Assembly (NCBI GenBank): GCA_963831955.1
Contig: CAWHSG010000001.1
Span: forward strand, 903,140-967,139
Source of the DNA: an uncultured Acidobacteriota bacterium
GTDB lineage: Bacteria; Acidobacteriota; Terriglobia; Acidiferrales; UBA7541
Direction: 5' to 3'
DNA length: 64,000 bases
Below, one piece after another: positions 40,777-52,859 of this stretch. The first letter of the stretch is position 1. Each line of letters opens with the position of its first letter. The notes below the pieces were generated by a model. It was not told the origin of the DNA and ran no database searches. It saw nothing but the letters and a program-made list of their open reading frames with translations. Both the position numbers and the translations under genes were made by a program.

Positions 40777-43431
40777 TTAAGTCTTCGCGTCGCCCTCGGG
40801 AGTTTCTTCTTCTAGGATTGCGGCGGCTGCGGCTACGCGGTCGCCTTCATCGAGGCGCAGCAGGCGGACGCCTTGCGTGGAGCGGCCGGCTTCGCGGATC
40901 TCGCCGGAGTGGACGCGGATTACCTTGCCTTGGCCGGTGATGATCATTACGTCGGAATCTTCCTTCACTTGCAGCGCGGCAACTACCGGGCCGTTGCGAT
41001 CGGTGGACTTGAGATTGATCACGCCTTTGCCGCCGCGCGACGTGACGCGGTATTCGGCTAGCGGGGTGCGCTTGCCGTAGCCCTTTTCGGCTACCGTGAG
41101 CATCAGTGAGGTTAGCGATTCGCGGATTTGATCGCTCTCCAGTTCGTCGAGATTGTCGGTGGTCTTCTTGAATTCTTTTTTGATGATTTCGAAGTCGGGC
41201 TGCACGGCGTCCATACTCACTACGTAATCATCCTTCGCTAGGTCCATGCCGTTCACGCCGCCGGCGGCGCGTCCCATGGCGCGCACTTCGGTTTCGCGGA
41301 AGAGGATGGCTTGGCCGTCGCGGCTCGCCAGGAAAACCATTTGCTTGCCGTCGGTGAGCTTTGCGCCGATCAGCTCATCCTTGTCATCGAGGCTGATGGC
41401 GATGATTCCCGAGGGACGCGGATTCGAGAATTCTGCTAGCTCGGTTTTTTTCACCGTGCCGTTGCGAGTGGCTAGGAACACGAAGCGATTTGCTTCCTCA
41501 AGATTTCTTGCCGAGACGACGGCGGTCAGCGTTTCGTTTTCCTGGAAGCGTACTAGATTGCTGATGGCCTTTCCTCGAGTGGCGGCTGCGGCTTCGGGAA
41601 TTTCGTAAACCTTCAGCCAGTAAATGCGGCCTTTCGAAGTGAACAGTAAAATATAGCTGTGCGCCGAGGCCACGAAGAAATGCTCGACGAAATCTTCTTC
41701 GCGTGTGCGCGCGCCGATGCGGCCTTTGCCGCCGCGCGACTGGTGGCGATAGACATCCACCGAAGTGCGTTTGATGTAGCCGGCGTGACTCACGGTGATG
41801 GCCATTTCTTCGTCTTTGATCAGGTCTTCGAGCTTGATTTCTTCGACGCGGTCCACGATTTGCGTGCGGCGCTCATCGCCATAGAGCTTCACTACTTCGC
41901 GTAGCTCGGCGACGATCACGCTGCGCAGTTTCTTTTCGCTGGCCAAGATTTCGCGCAGCTCGGCGATGCGGGCGCGGATTTGCGCGAGTTCCTTGAGGAT
42001 GTCGTCCACGGAAAGCTGCGTGAGGCGGTGCAATTGCAATTCGAGGATGGCATCAATTTGGATGTAAGTGAGGCCGATGTGCTCGACGCGCGCCGCCCCT
42101 GCGATTCCATATTTCTTATGATCGAGCTTCACACCGCGAACCGTGGTTTCTTTTCCTCCGACGAGGACGCGCACAGAACGGTTCTCGAAAAATTCGAATA
42201 AATTCTGGCGCGCGGCGGCGCGGCTGGCCGACCCGCGGATCACCTTGATCACATCGTCGATGTAGTCGAGCGCGATCTGATAGCCGAGCAAAATGTGCTC
42301 GCGCTCTTCGGCCTTCCGCAAATCGTATTGCGTGCGGCGGCGCACCACGTCCACGCGATGTTCGATAAATAGATGAAGCAATTGAACGAGACCCAGCTCG
42401 CGCGGCTGGCCGCCGACGATTGCCAGCAGAATCATTCCGAAGGATTCCTGCAACTGGGTGTGCTTGAAAAGATGATTGAGAATGATTTCCGGCTCTTCGT
42501 CGCGCTTCACTTCGATGACGATGCGCATGCCGTCGCGGTCGCTTTCGTCACGAATGTCGGCGATGCCTTCGATTTTTTTCAATTGGACGAGTTCGGCGAT
42601 GTGTTCGATGAGCCGGGCCTTGTTCACTTGATACGGCAGCTCGGTGACAACGATGTCCTGGCGATCCTTGCCGCGCGCTTCGATGGCCACTTTCGCGCGC
42701 ACCTGGAAGGTGCCACGGCCGTTTTTGTAGGCCTGCTCGATGCCGTCGCGGCCGTAGATGTAGCCGCCCGTCGGAAAATCCGGGCCGGGAACGAGCTTCA
42801 TCACCTGTTTCAGAGTGGTTTCCGGATTTTCGATCAGCAAGATTGCGGCTTCTACAGTCTCCTTCAAATTGTGCGGGGGTATATTTGTGGCCATGCCGAC
42901 GGCGATGCCGCTCGAGCCGTTGACCAGCAAATTCGGAATCTTGGTGGGCAGGACGGTGGGTTCCTGCGTGCTCTCGTCGAAATTCGGAACGAAATCGACG
43001 GTTTCCTTCTCGATGTCAGCGAGCAATTCCTCGGCAATTTTAGAGAGCCGCGCTTCTGTGTAACGCATGGCCGCGGGAGGATCGCCGTCCACCGAACCGA
43101 AATTTCCCTGGCCGTCGATGAGCGGATAACGCATGTTGAAGCCCTGCGCGAGACGCACCAACGCGTCATACACAGGCGAATCGCCGTGCGGATGAAACTT
43201 GCCGAGCACTTCGCCGACGATCTTGGCGCACTTGCGATACGGCTTCGTCGAAGTTAAGCCCAGCTCATACATGCCGAAGAGAATGCGGCGATGCACGGGC
43301 TTCAAGCCGTCGCGCACATCGGGCAGCGCGCGGCCGATGATTACGCTCATGGAGTAATCGAGGTACGACTTCTTCATCTCCGCTTCGATATCTACCGGCA
43401 GGAGAATTGATTGATTGGGTTCGTCAGTCAT
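40777..43431 (-). CDS. gyrA: DNA gyrase subunit A
   Basis: [29 protein letters not shown], the QRDR-like [26 protein letters not shown], and C-terminal beta-pinwheel repeats. Confidence 0.95.
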   Translation of the reverse strand: MTDEPNQSILLPVDIEAEMKKSYLDYSMSVIIGRALPDVRDGLKPVHRRILFGMYELGLTSTKPYRKCAKIVGEVLGKFHPHGDSPVYDALVRLAQGFNMRYPLIDGQGNFGSVDGDPPAAMRYTEARLSKIAEELLADIEKETVDFVPNFDESTQEPTVLPTKIPNLLVNGSSGIAVGMATNIPPHNLKETVEAAILLIENPETTLKQVMKLVPGPDFPTGGYIYGRDGIEQAYKNGRGTFQVRAKVAIEARGKDRQDIVVTELPYQVNKARLIEHIAELVQLKKIEGIADIRDESDRDGMRIVIEVKRDEEPEIILNHLFKHTQLQESFGMILLAIVGGQPRELGLVQLLHLFIEHRVDVVRRRTQYDLRKAEEREHILLGYQIALDYIDDVIKVIRGSASRAAARQNLFEFFENRSVRVLVGGKETTVRGVKLDHKKYGIAGAARVEHIGLTYIQIDAILELQLHRLTQLSVDDILKELAQIRARIAELREILASEKKLRSVIVAELREVVKLYGDERRTQIVDRVEEIKLEDLIKDEEMAITVSHAGYIKRTSVDVYRHQSRGGKGRIGARTREEDFVEHFFVASAHSYILLFTSKGRIYWLKVYEIPEAAAATRGKAISNLVRFQENETLTAVVSARNLEEANRFVFLATRNGTVKKTELAEFSNPRPSGIIAISLDDKDELIGAKLTDGKQMVFLASRDGQAILFRETEVRAMGRAAGGVNGMDLAKDDYVVSMDAVQPDFEIIKKEFKKTTDNLDELESDQIRESLTSLMLTVAEKGYGKRTPLAEYRVTSRGGKGVINLKSTDRNGPVVAALQVKEDSDVMIITGQGKVIRVHSGEIREAGRSTQGVRLLRLDEGDRVAAAAAILEEETPEGDAKT

Positions 43432-43482
43432 TTATGCCTCGTTGCGAAATTAAATTCCGGCCGCGCGGGCCGAGCCCGGTCG

Positions 43483-43722
43483 CTACTTTTGGTCCAACAC
43501 GTGACTTTTTACTGCCTCGAACGCGGAGGCGTTATTCGAAAAACGAATCGGCGCGAAATGCGCTTCGAGACGCGCTAGGAATGCCGCGCACTCGGCTTCG
43601 TCTGCACATTCGAACGCTACGCCGCGCTCCACGTCCGGCGAGCTGGTCGGCGTTGCCTTGAAATCGGAGCACGAAAGCCCGCGCAAGCCCGGCAGCGTTT
43701 CCCAATTGAGCTGAAACATCAT
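43483..43722 (-). CDS. small hypothetical protein
   Basis: 79-aa ORF filling the gap between the PPOX-like gene and gyrA on the same strand. No family recognised. Confidence 0.35.
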   Translation of the reverse strand: MMFQLNWETLPGLRGLSCSDFKATPTSSPDVERGVAFECADEAECAAFLARLEAHFAPIRFSNNASAFEAVKSHVLDQK

Positions 43723-43753
43723 TCTGTTCGCGAAGCGATCCGCGCCGCCGGCG

Positions 43754-44299
43754 TCAAAATTTCCAGCGCGTGGCCGACACCGGAAAATCGCGCTCCTGCC
43801 AGGCGAACGCTACGCGCGGCTTCATGGCCACGATGTACGGTGTTCCAGGCGCGTCGGTAAGTTTCATTTTGTATTTCTTCTTATAAGCGGCGTCGATGGC
43901 GGCGATCTCGGCCGCGTCTGTGATTTCCTGCGCCGCACATTCGAGAATTACCGCGTCGTCGCCGCTTTCGAGATGCACGATCGCGACGGGTTGACGCTGA
44001 AGGTTGCGCGCCTTGCGCGAATTCCGATCGGTGCCGAAAATTAATGCGCCATCGAGCCATACGCCCCAGACGGGCATCGAGTGCGGCCGGCCATCGGGCC
44101 GGGCTGTTGCGATCCAATAGTTCTTGGATTTCGTCAACTTGGCACAGACGTCGTTCCAGGCGATGAGTCCTTTGCCGTCGGGCTTGATTCCGTAGCTTTG
44201 GGCGAAGGCCGGCCGGTCTCGCGGCGGTTCGGGTGCTGCGTCCGGAACCGTTCGTCGTTGGGCCGGCTTTTTTGCCTGAGCTTTTTTTTTCGCGGCCAT
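43754..44299 (-). CDS. pyridoxamine 5'-phosphate oxidase-like FMN-binding split-barrel protein
   Basis: YWIATARPDGRPHSMPVWGVWLDGALIFGTDRNSRKARNL. Basic N-terminal tail. Confidence 0.65.
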   Translation of the reverse strand: MAAKKKAQAKKPAQRRTVPDAAPEPPRDRPAFAQSYGIKPDGKGLIAWNDVCAKLTKSKNYWIATARPDGRPHSMPVWGVWLDGALIFGTDRNSRKARNLQRQPVAIVHLESGDDAVILECAAQEITDAAEIAAIDAAYKKKYKMKLTDAPGTPYIVAMKPRVAFAWQERDFPVSATRWKF

Positions 44300-44333
44300 T
44301 TAATTCATCCTTGTCGCTATCGAGCCAGCGCTT

Positions 44334-47003
<2,670 letters not shown>

Positions 47004-47232
47004 TTAAGTGCCGGTCTGGAGGAATCCCGAGACCAACGACGAACGCAGAAATTTTAACCGATTCGGGCGGATTTCTCAAGGCGATTTTTGCGACTGGAAC
47101 GCTGTATGACCTTTTATTTTCAATGGTTTACAGGGCGGATGTAGCCGTACGTAAATGTACGGATGCGGCGAGGATAGCGCCAAGCCCAATGGCCAATTTA
47201 ATCGTGAAAAAGATCGGTGCGGCGAACGAAAA

Positions 47233-48345
47233 TCAAATGCGCATGGGCATTACTACGTAGCGGTAGCGCGCGGCTTCGTCGGCTAGCGGGCGGAGTTGCC
47301 CGGCGGATTGTTCGTCTTTCAATTCAAAAGCGATCGGCCCGTCAGCTGCGGCCGCTAGGAAATCGAGAATGTATTGTGCGTTGAAACCGATCGAGAGCGG
47401 CTCGCCTTTATATTCTTTTTCGATGGCTTCTTTCGCTTCACCGTATTCGGGACTCGATGCGGAAATTTCGATAGCTTCTTTCGCCAGCGTGAATTTCACG
47501 GCGCGGGACCGCGCATCGGCGAGTTGCGAAACGCGGCGCAGCGCGTCATTCAGTTCGTTGCGCTCGAGCACTACGGTTTTGTTCGCATCGCGCGGCAACA
47601 CCGCTTCATAATTCGGGAATTGGCCGGTGAGCTTGCGCGACGTGAGCAGCCGACGGCCGAATTGGAAAAAGAGGTGGCTATCGTCCTGCGCGAAATCCGC
47701 GAGCGCGTCGTCGGCCGAGCCGCCCACCAGCCTGGAAATTTCTGACATCGCTTTCTTCGGTACTAGAACGCGCACTTCACTACTCAGCCCGTCGAATTTC
47801 TGGGTGGTCTCGACCATCGCCAGTCGGTGCCCGTCGGTCGCGACCATGGTGATCGAATCCGGCTTCAGCACCAATAGAGCGCCATTCAATGTGTAACGGG
47901 ACTCTTCAAGTGAAATTGCAAACGTGGTTTTCGCGATAAGGTCATTCAAAGTGGCCGCGGGAATTTTGACCAACACATGTGGGAATGATGGGAGGACCGG
48001 AAAATTTTCGCGCGACATCCCGACCATCTTGTAATTCTTTCGGTCGCAACTAATCTGAATCCAATGATTATCGAGTAGCTTGAACTTAATTTCTTCGTCG
48101 GGCAACAGCCGCACTAGATCGAGCAATTTTTTCGCGGGAATTGTGCCCGAACCATCCTTCTTCACTTTCGCTTCGCACGAGGTGCGAATGCTCAGTTCTA
48201 GATCTGTGGCCGTGATCGACAGGCGATTGCCGTGCGCCTCGAAAAGAATATTCGAGAGGATGGGGATAGTCGTCTTGCGTTCGACCACTCCCTGCGTCAG
48301 CTCGAGCTCCTCAAGGAGATCGAATTTCTTCACGCTGAATTCCAT
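47233..48345 (-). CDS. dnaN: DNA polymerase III beta subunit (sliding clamp)
   Basis: MEFSVKKFDLLEELELTQGVVERKTTIPILSNILFEA, ending YVVMPMRI. ATG 48345 has a GAGGA RBS, whereas ATG 48399 has none. Confidence 0.9.
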   Translation of the reverse strand: MEFSVKKFDLLEELELTQGVVERKTTIPILSNILFEAHGNRLSITATDLELSIRTSCEAKVKKDGSGTIPAKKLLDLVRLLPDEEIKFKLLDNHWIQISCDRKNYKMVGMSRENFPVLPSFPHVLVKIPAATLNDLIAKTTFAISLEESRYTLNGALLVLKPDSITMVATDGHRLAMVETTQKFDGLSSEVRVLVPKKAMSEISRLVGGSADDALADFAQDDSHLFFQFGRRLLTSRKLTGQFPNYEAVLPRDANKTVVLERNELNDALRRVSQLADARSRAVKFTLAKEAIEISASSPEYGEAKEAIEKEYKGEPLSIGFNAQYILDFLAAAADGPIAFELKDEQSAGQLRPLADEAARYRYVVMPMRI

Positions 48346-48467
48346 ATCCGTCTGTCCTCGCGCTGCGTCTTTGGTGACTTGCGTTCCGGTTGAGCTCATA
48401 GTGTAGGCCTACTCTACAGCTTTTCTTCTTTAGGATAAAGATAAGACCCCGCCGTCGTCGCCGCAAC

Positions 48468-48627
48468 TGTGGAAATTGCGGATATCGCGCCAGGCTGCTG
48501 AGCCGGGGAGGGTTGAGCCACTTGCGAAGCTGTGGATGAAAATTTCACGCCGAGGAATAAACGCCGAACCGCCGCCACGTCCAAGTTCATAGCCCGGGAG
48601 TCCCGCGAATTGCACAGCCCGTCCACA
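48468..48627. promoter_or_regulatory. DnaA-box-like 9-mers in the dnaA-dnaN spacer
   Basis: TGTGGAAAT (48468), TGTGGATGA (48531), AATTGCACA (48608) and CCGTCCACA (48619). Confidence 0.5.
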
Positions 48628-48676
48628 GCCTATGAACAGGCCGCCCGCCGCCGCACGAGCCTGCCGCGAGCTAAAC

Positions 48677-49984
48677 TCATCCGAACGAGTCGAGTAGCCT
48701 GTTGATAGTCTTGTTCAAATCTTTGTCCACGCGCCGCAGGTTCTCGATCTTGTGGATCGAGTGCAGCACCGTGGTGTGATGCTTGCCGCCAAATTGCCGG
48801 CCGATTTCCGGCAGCGACGCAGAGGTGAGCTGCTTCACCAGGAACATTGCTACCTGGCGCGGGAAGGCGATCACTTTCGAATTCGAGCGCACTTTCAAAT
48901 CCTGAGCGCGCAACCCGAAATGTTCTCCGACGCGCTTCTGAATCTGCTCGATGGTGACTTTCTTTTCCTGGATCTCGATAATGTTCTTAAGCACCTGCTG
49001 CGCCGTCCCGAGATTCACTTCCGCCCCGGTGAGCGACGCAAACGCAATCAAGCGAATCAGCGCGCCTTCCAGCTCGCGCACGTTCGACTTAATCGAGCGC
49101 GCGATGTATTCGGCCACGTCATCAGCCAGGCGAACCCGCTCACTCTCGGCCTTCTTCTGCAAAATCGCGATCTTGGTCTCAAGATCCGGCGGCTGAATAT
49201 CCGCGATCAAGCCCCACTCGAAACGCGAGCGCAACCGCTCTTCAATCGCCGAAATCTCCTTCGGCGGGCAATCGGAGGAAATCACGATCTGTTTTTGCTG
49301 ATCGTAGAGCGCGTTGAAGGTATGGAAGAATTCTTCCTGCGTCCGCTCGCGCGTGGCGATGAATTGGATGTCGTCCACCATGAGCACGTCCATGGTGCGG
49401 AAGCGATCGCGGAAGGTGCTCATGCGATCGAAGCGCAGTGAAGCAATCACCTCGTTCGTGAATTTCTCGGCGCTCACGTAGGTGAGGCGCAGCGACGGGT
49501 TGCGCTTCTTGAGGGTGTGCCCGATGGCCTGCATCAAGTGCGTCTTGCCCAACCCCACTCCGCCGTATAGGAAAAGTGGGTTATAGGACTTCGAAGGCTG
49601 ATCGGCAACGGCCTGAGCGGCGGCATGGGCAAACTGATTCGATCCGCCCACCACAAATGTGTCAAAAGTGTAGCGAGGATTGAGCTGATGGCTGACCGAA
49701 TCGAAATCCAGGCGAGCCTGAGAGGCAGGAACCCCTTCCTGCCCGTCCTGTTCTACGCAGATGTACTCAATCCGCGCGTTCTCCATCCCGACTTCCACCA
49801 GAACACCCTGCAGAATCTGCCCGTAAGTCTCGGTAAGCCGCTTGCGGAATAGCCGGGTAGGCACGCGCACGACAATGCGGCCCTCATCGGCACTCTCGAG
49901 CCGCGTGGGACGAAACCAGGTGTTAAAACTATGTGGGTTTACCCGGCGTTCCACATGGTGCAGGATCCGATCCCACTGATTCAT
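48677..49984 (-). CDS. dnaA: chromosomal replication initiator protein DnaA
   Basis: MNQWDRILHHVERRVNPHSFNTWF, Walker A GGVGLGKTHL, Walker B LMVDDIQF, sensor motifs and the domain IV segment RQVAMFLVKQLT...IGRQFGGKHHTTVLHS. The start is set to ATG 49984. Confidence 0.95.
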   Translation of the reverse strand: MNQWDRILHHVERRVNPHSFNTWFRPTRLESADEGRIVVRVPTRLFRKRLTETYGQILQGVLVEVGMENARIEYICVEQDGQEGVPASQARLDFDSVSHQLNPRYTFDTFVVGGSNQFAHAAAQAVADQPSKSYNPLFLYGGVGLGKTHLMQAIGHTLKKRNPSLRLTYVSAEKFTNEVIASLRFDRMSTFRDRFRTMDVLMVDDIQFIATRERTQEEFFHTFNALYDQQKQIVISSDCPPKEISAIEERLRSRFEWGLIADIQPPDLETKIAILQKKAESERVRLADDVAEYIARSIKSNVRELEGALIRLIAFASLTGAEVNLGTAQQVLKNIIEIQEKKVTIEQIQKRVGEHFGLRAQDLKVRSNSKVIAFPRQVAMFLVKQLTSASLPEIGRQFGGKHHTTVLHSIHKIENLRRVDKDLNKTINRLLDSFG

Positions 49985-50017
49985 ACCAATGCCAACCCTT
50001 CCGGCCATTCCCACAGG

Positions 50018-50382
50018 CGTGGAAATGATGTGGAAATCCCGCATTTTGGGTTTCACCGGCGCTGACTCATCAGCCCGGACCCTGCGGGAGCGATATCAAA
50101 TCGCTTTCAGTGCAAAGGAGCGGTTAGGTCCCCAAGACCGCAATCACCCGAGGAGTGCGTGACTCCGTACGACGCCCGTAATGCGAGGCGGGATTGTGCA
50201 TAAAAGAATGGTTAAGGGCAAGAGAAAATTGAGCGAAGCCCATGCACAGCTTTCACATGCTATGCACAGGATTTCCACAGCGTCAAAATGGTACGAAATG
50301 CTCGATTTTTTCAACATTCGTTGAGAAAACGCGCACAAGGGCAGTGGAAAACTCCGGCGGAGAATTGCACAGGTGCTTGACA
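50018..50382. other. candidate oriC / dnaA promoter region (DnaA-box cluster plus AT-richer stretches)
   Basis: 9-mers CGTGGAAAT (50018), TGTGGAAAT (50029), TTGTGCATAA (50194, rc TTATGCACA), CCATGCACA (50240), CTATGCACA (50260), ATTTCCACA (50271) and AATTGCACA (50362). AT-richer segments lie around 50198..50236 and 50285..50332. Confidence 0.55.
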
Positions 50383-51507
50383 CTATGGTTTTTGAGAGCT
50401 TCCTGCGGGCTTCTCGGAGGGCGCGGCCGTTTTGTCGCCGGGCTTGGCTTCCGATTTTTCCGCGGGCTTTGGCTCGGGATTACTACCCAACTTGTCAGGC
50501 CGCGCAAAGGCATAAACGCCGATCGGATCGGCAGCCAGCAACAGCCGATTGGGCTCGACTAGTATCGAGACCGGCGCGACGCGCTTGCCATCAGCGGTGA
50601 ATGTGCGGTAGGTCACGCCTTTCCGGTCGCCGGCGGAATCGTAGTGCACCAACTCGTCGTCGACGGCGATCCAGATGTCGCCGTTGACGGGATCGACGCC
50701 CACGGCGTTAATGACCGGCTTCAAATCGATGGGCTTGCCTTTCTCATCCTGATCCTGGATCACCCTGCGCTTGGCTGTGGCCTCCGGCGCAAACTCTAAA
50801 GTGTTGAGCTCGATCTCGAGGGTGGAGGTGCCGGCGCGATCGTAGCGGCGCACCGTCGGCTCGGGCAGATGCAAGAAGGCGAGATAGAGATGATTGGCTG
50901 GATCGGTGAGCAGCCGCCCCGAGTTTAGATAGCGATTCAGGTCGCGGTGATCGGCGAGATCTTCGAGATAGCCGAACTCTCGCAGCAATTTTCCGTGGAA
51001 ATCGAAAATCTGGATCAGCCGATGCACGTGGATGCTGGTGACGGCAATCTCGCCGTCGGGCAGCGCGGCCACGGATACCGGCGCACTCACCGGAAATTCA
51101 GCGATGTCGCGGCCTTCGTCTTCGATGTTGCTGTAAACGCGGATCAGATTTGCGCCGCTATCCGCCACGTAGATTTGCCCAGTGGGGTCGACATCGAAAT
51201 CGATTCCATTGACGATGGCGGTTTCTTTCGTGGGATCGGGAGGAATCTTGCCAAGTAGCCGGCCATTCGCGTGATAGGACATGACCGACGCGCCGGGAGC
51301 GGAAAGCGCGTAGTAGCGCCCGGCCTTATCACGGCGAAGCGCGCGCACGCCAGGTCCAACATCGGGAAGAACGCGCGCCGTCGCGTCCAGTTCGAAATCC
51401 AGTTCTTGCGCGCGCACCGCGCTCGCAGCACGGAATTTCGAGGCACCAAAAAACGCAGCGAGAACGGCGAGGGAGAAAACGATTAACAATGGAGCGCGGC
51501 GATTCAT
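50383..51507 (-). CDS. secreted NHL/beta-propeller-like repeat protein with Pro/Lys/Glu-rich C-terminal tail
   Basis: Signal anchor MNRRAPLLIVFSLAVLAAFFGA. Repeats of the type GQIYVADSGANLIRVY and GDIWIAVDD. Tail PEPKPAEKSEAKPGDKTAAPSEKP. Confidence 0.6.
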   Translation of the reverse strand: MNRRAPLLIVFSLAVLAAFFGASKFRAASAVRAQELDFELDATARVLPDVGPGVRALRRDKAGRYYALSAPGASVMSYHANGRLLGKIPPDPTKETAIVNGIDFDVDPTGQIYVADSGANLIRVYSNIEDEGRDIAEFPVSAPVSVAALPDGEIAVTSIHVHRLIQIFDFHGKLLREFGYLEDLADHRDLNRYLNSGRLLTDPANHLYLAFLHLPEPTVRRYDRAGTSTLEIELNTLEFAPEATAKRRVIQDQDEKGKPIDLKPVINAVGVDPVNGDIWIAVDDELVHYDSAGDRKGVTYRTFTADGKRVAPVSILVEPNRLLLAADPIGVYAFARPDKLGSNPEPKPAEKSEAKPGDKTAAPSEKPAGSSQKP

Positions 51508-51626
51508 GGAATTCAAATTGTAGCGGCTGCAAGGGTCAAAGATGCCGCGCCGCTTAAGGGCGTTGCCCTCTGCGACAGGGCCGAACACCCACCGCCATAA
51601 CGGCGGGAGATAAACCCCCGCCCCTA

Positions 51627-52409
51627 CTAATCTGCGCGGAAGACGAGTCGTTCGATCGATCGCGCGTGGCCCGTGGTCTCGTCCACGTCGATTAGCACGG
51701 TGTTCATGCGCACATCGCGCTCGGACACCGTGAAGCGCGCCGGCATGCCGTCGAGAAAGCGCTGCACGATGCCGGCCTTGTCCATGCCGATCACGGAATC
51801 GTGCGGCCCAGTCATGCCCACATCGGTAATGTAAGCCGTGCCGCCCGGCAGCACGCGCTCGTCAGCGGTAGCAACATGCGTATGCGTGCCGACAACGACG
51901 GAGACTTTGCCATCGAGAAACCAACCCATCGCTTGCTTCTCGGAGGTGGCTTCCGCGTGCATGTCCACGAAAATTACTTTCGTCGTCGAAGGAATTCGCG
52001 CCAACTCGTGCTCGGCGCCGCGGAACGGACAATCAATCGGGGTCATGAATGTGCGCCCCTGCAAATTGAGCACCGCATACGGCACGCCATTCTTCGCCGT
52101 GCCCATGTAAAGCCCGCTACCGGGCGAGCCCGGCGGAAAATTAGCCGGACGCAGCAAGCGCGGCTCATGCGGGAAAAATTCGAAAATTTCCTTGCGATCC
52201 CAAATATGATTGCCGCCGGTCAACACTTCGGCGCCGGCAGCGAACAATTCCTCGGCCAAGCGCGGCGTGATCCCAAATCCCGAAGCCGAATTTTCGCCGT
52301 TAGCGATGCAAAGATCGACGCGATGCTGCTGCAACGCATCCGCCAGCCGGTCATGCACAATCTGCCGCCCCGGCGATCCCACAATGTCCCCAACAAATAG
52401 GATTCGCAC
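51627..52409 (-). CDS. ymdB: YmdB-family metallophosphoesterase (2',3'-cyclic-nucleotide 2'-phosphodiesterase type)
   Basis: MRILFVGDIVGSPGR..., NGENSASGFGIT, GNHIWD, DMHAEATSEK and GTHTHV. Confidence 0.85.
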   Translation of the reverse strand: MRILFVGDIVGSPGRQIVHDRLADALQQHRVDLCIANGENSASGFGITPRLAEELFAAGAEVLTGGNHIWDRKEIFEFFPHEPRLLRPANFPPGSPGSGLYMGTAKNGVPYAVLNLQGRTFMTPIDCPFRGAEHELARIPSTTKVIFVDMHAEATSEKQAMGWFLDGKVSVVVGTHTHVATADERVLPGGTAYITDVGMTGPHDSVIGMDKAGIVQRFLDGMPARFTVSERDVRMNTVLIDVDETTGHARSIERLVFRAD

Positions 52410-52425
52410 AAATCTCCCAGCAGTC

Positions 52426-52451
52426 GTAGGGGAGGGTCTTCAGACCCTCCC
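52426..52451 (+). repeat. REP-like hairpin family B, short form (GTAGGGGAGGGTCTTCAGACCCTCCC)
   Basis: 10-bp arms with a TTCA-type loop and a GTAG head. Confidence 0.75.
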
Positions 52452-52859
52452 GAATTTGGGCCCACGAACCAGCCTAGCCAAAAAACAAGCCAAGGCCCGC
52501 CGAATATAATCACAGCAATATTTTAGATCTGGAAATTACAGCGGAGGAAGTCCACTTCGCCGTGCAGTGCTAGACCCTGAACCCCACGAATAAGTGGGTG
52601 CCCTGCGCCTGCTTTCAGGCTTTCCCGTACCGGCGGAACCGGCGAGGACATGCGCAACGGCAGGACGACGGGGGCTCCCGGGGATCCAGTGTTGGTTCAA
52701 ATAGGCCGTCACACCGGCACCTGCGTCGCAGGCCGCCTCCGCGAAACATTGTAGCAGGAATCATTCGGGCGACGCTGCGATGGCGCGCCATGAGCGGAGG
52801 TATCACCCGGAGGCGGTTTTGGTGTCCGCCTCCGGGTAAATTGCCGCACCGACTCGCGG

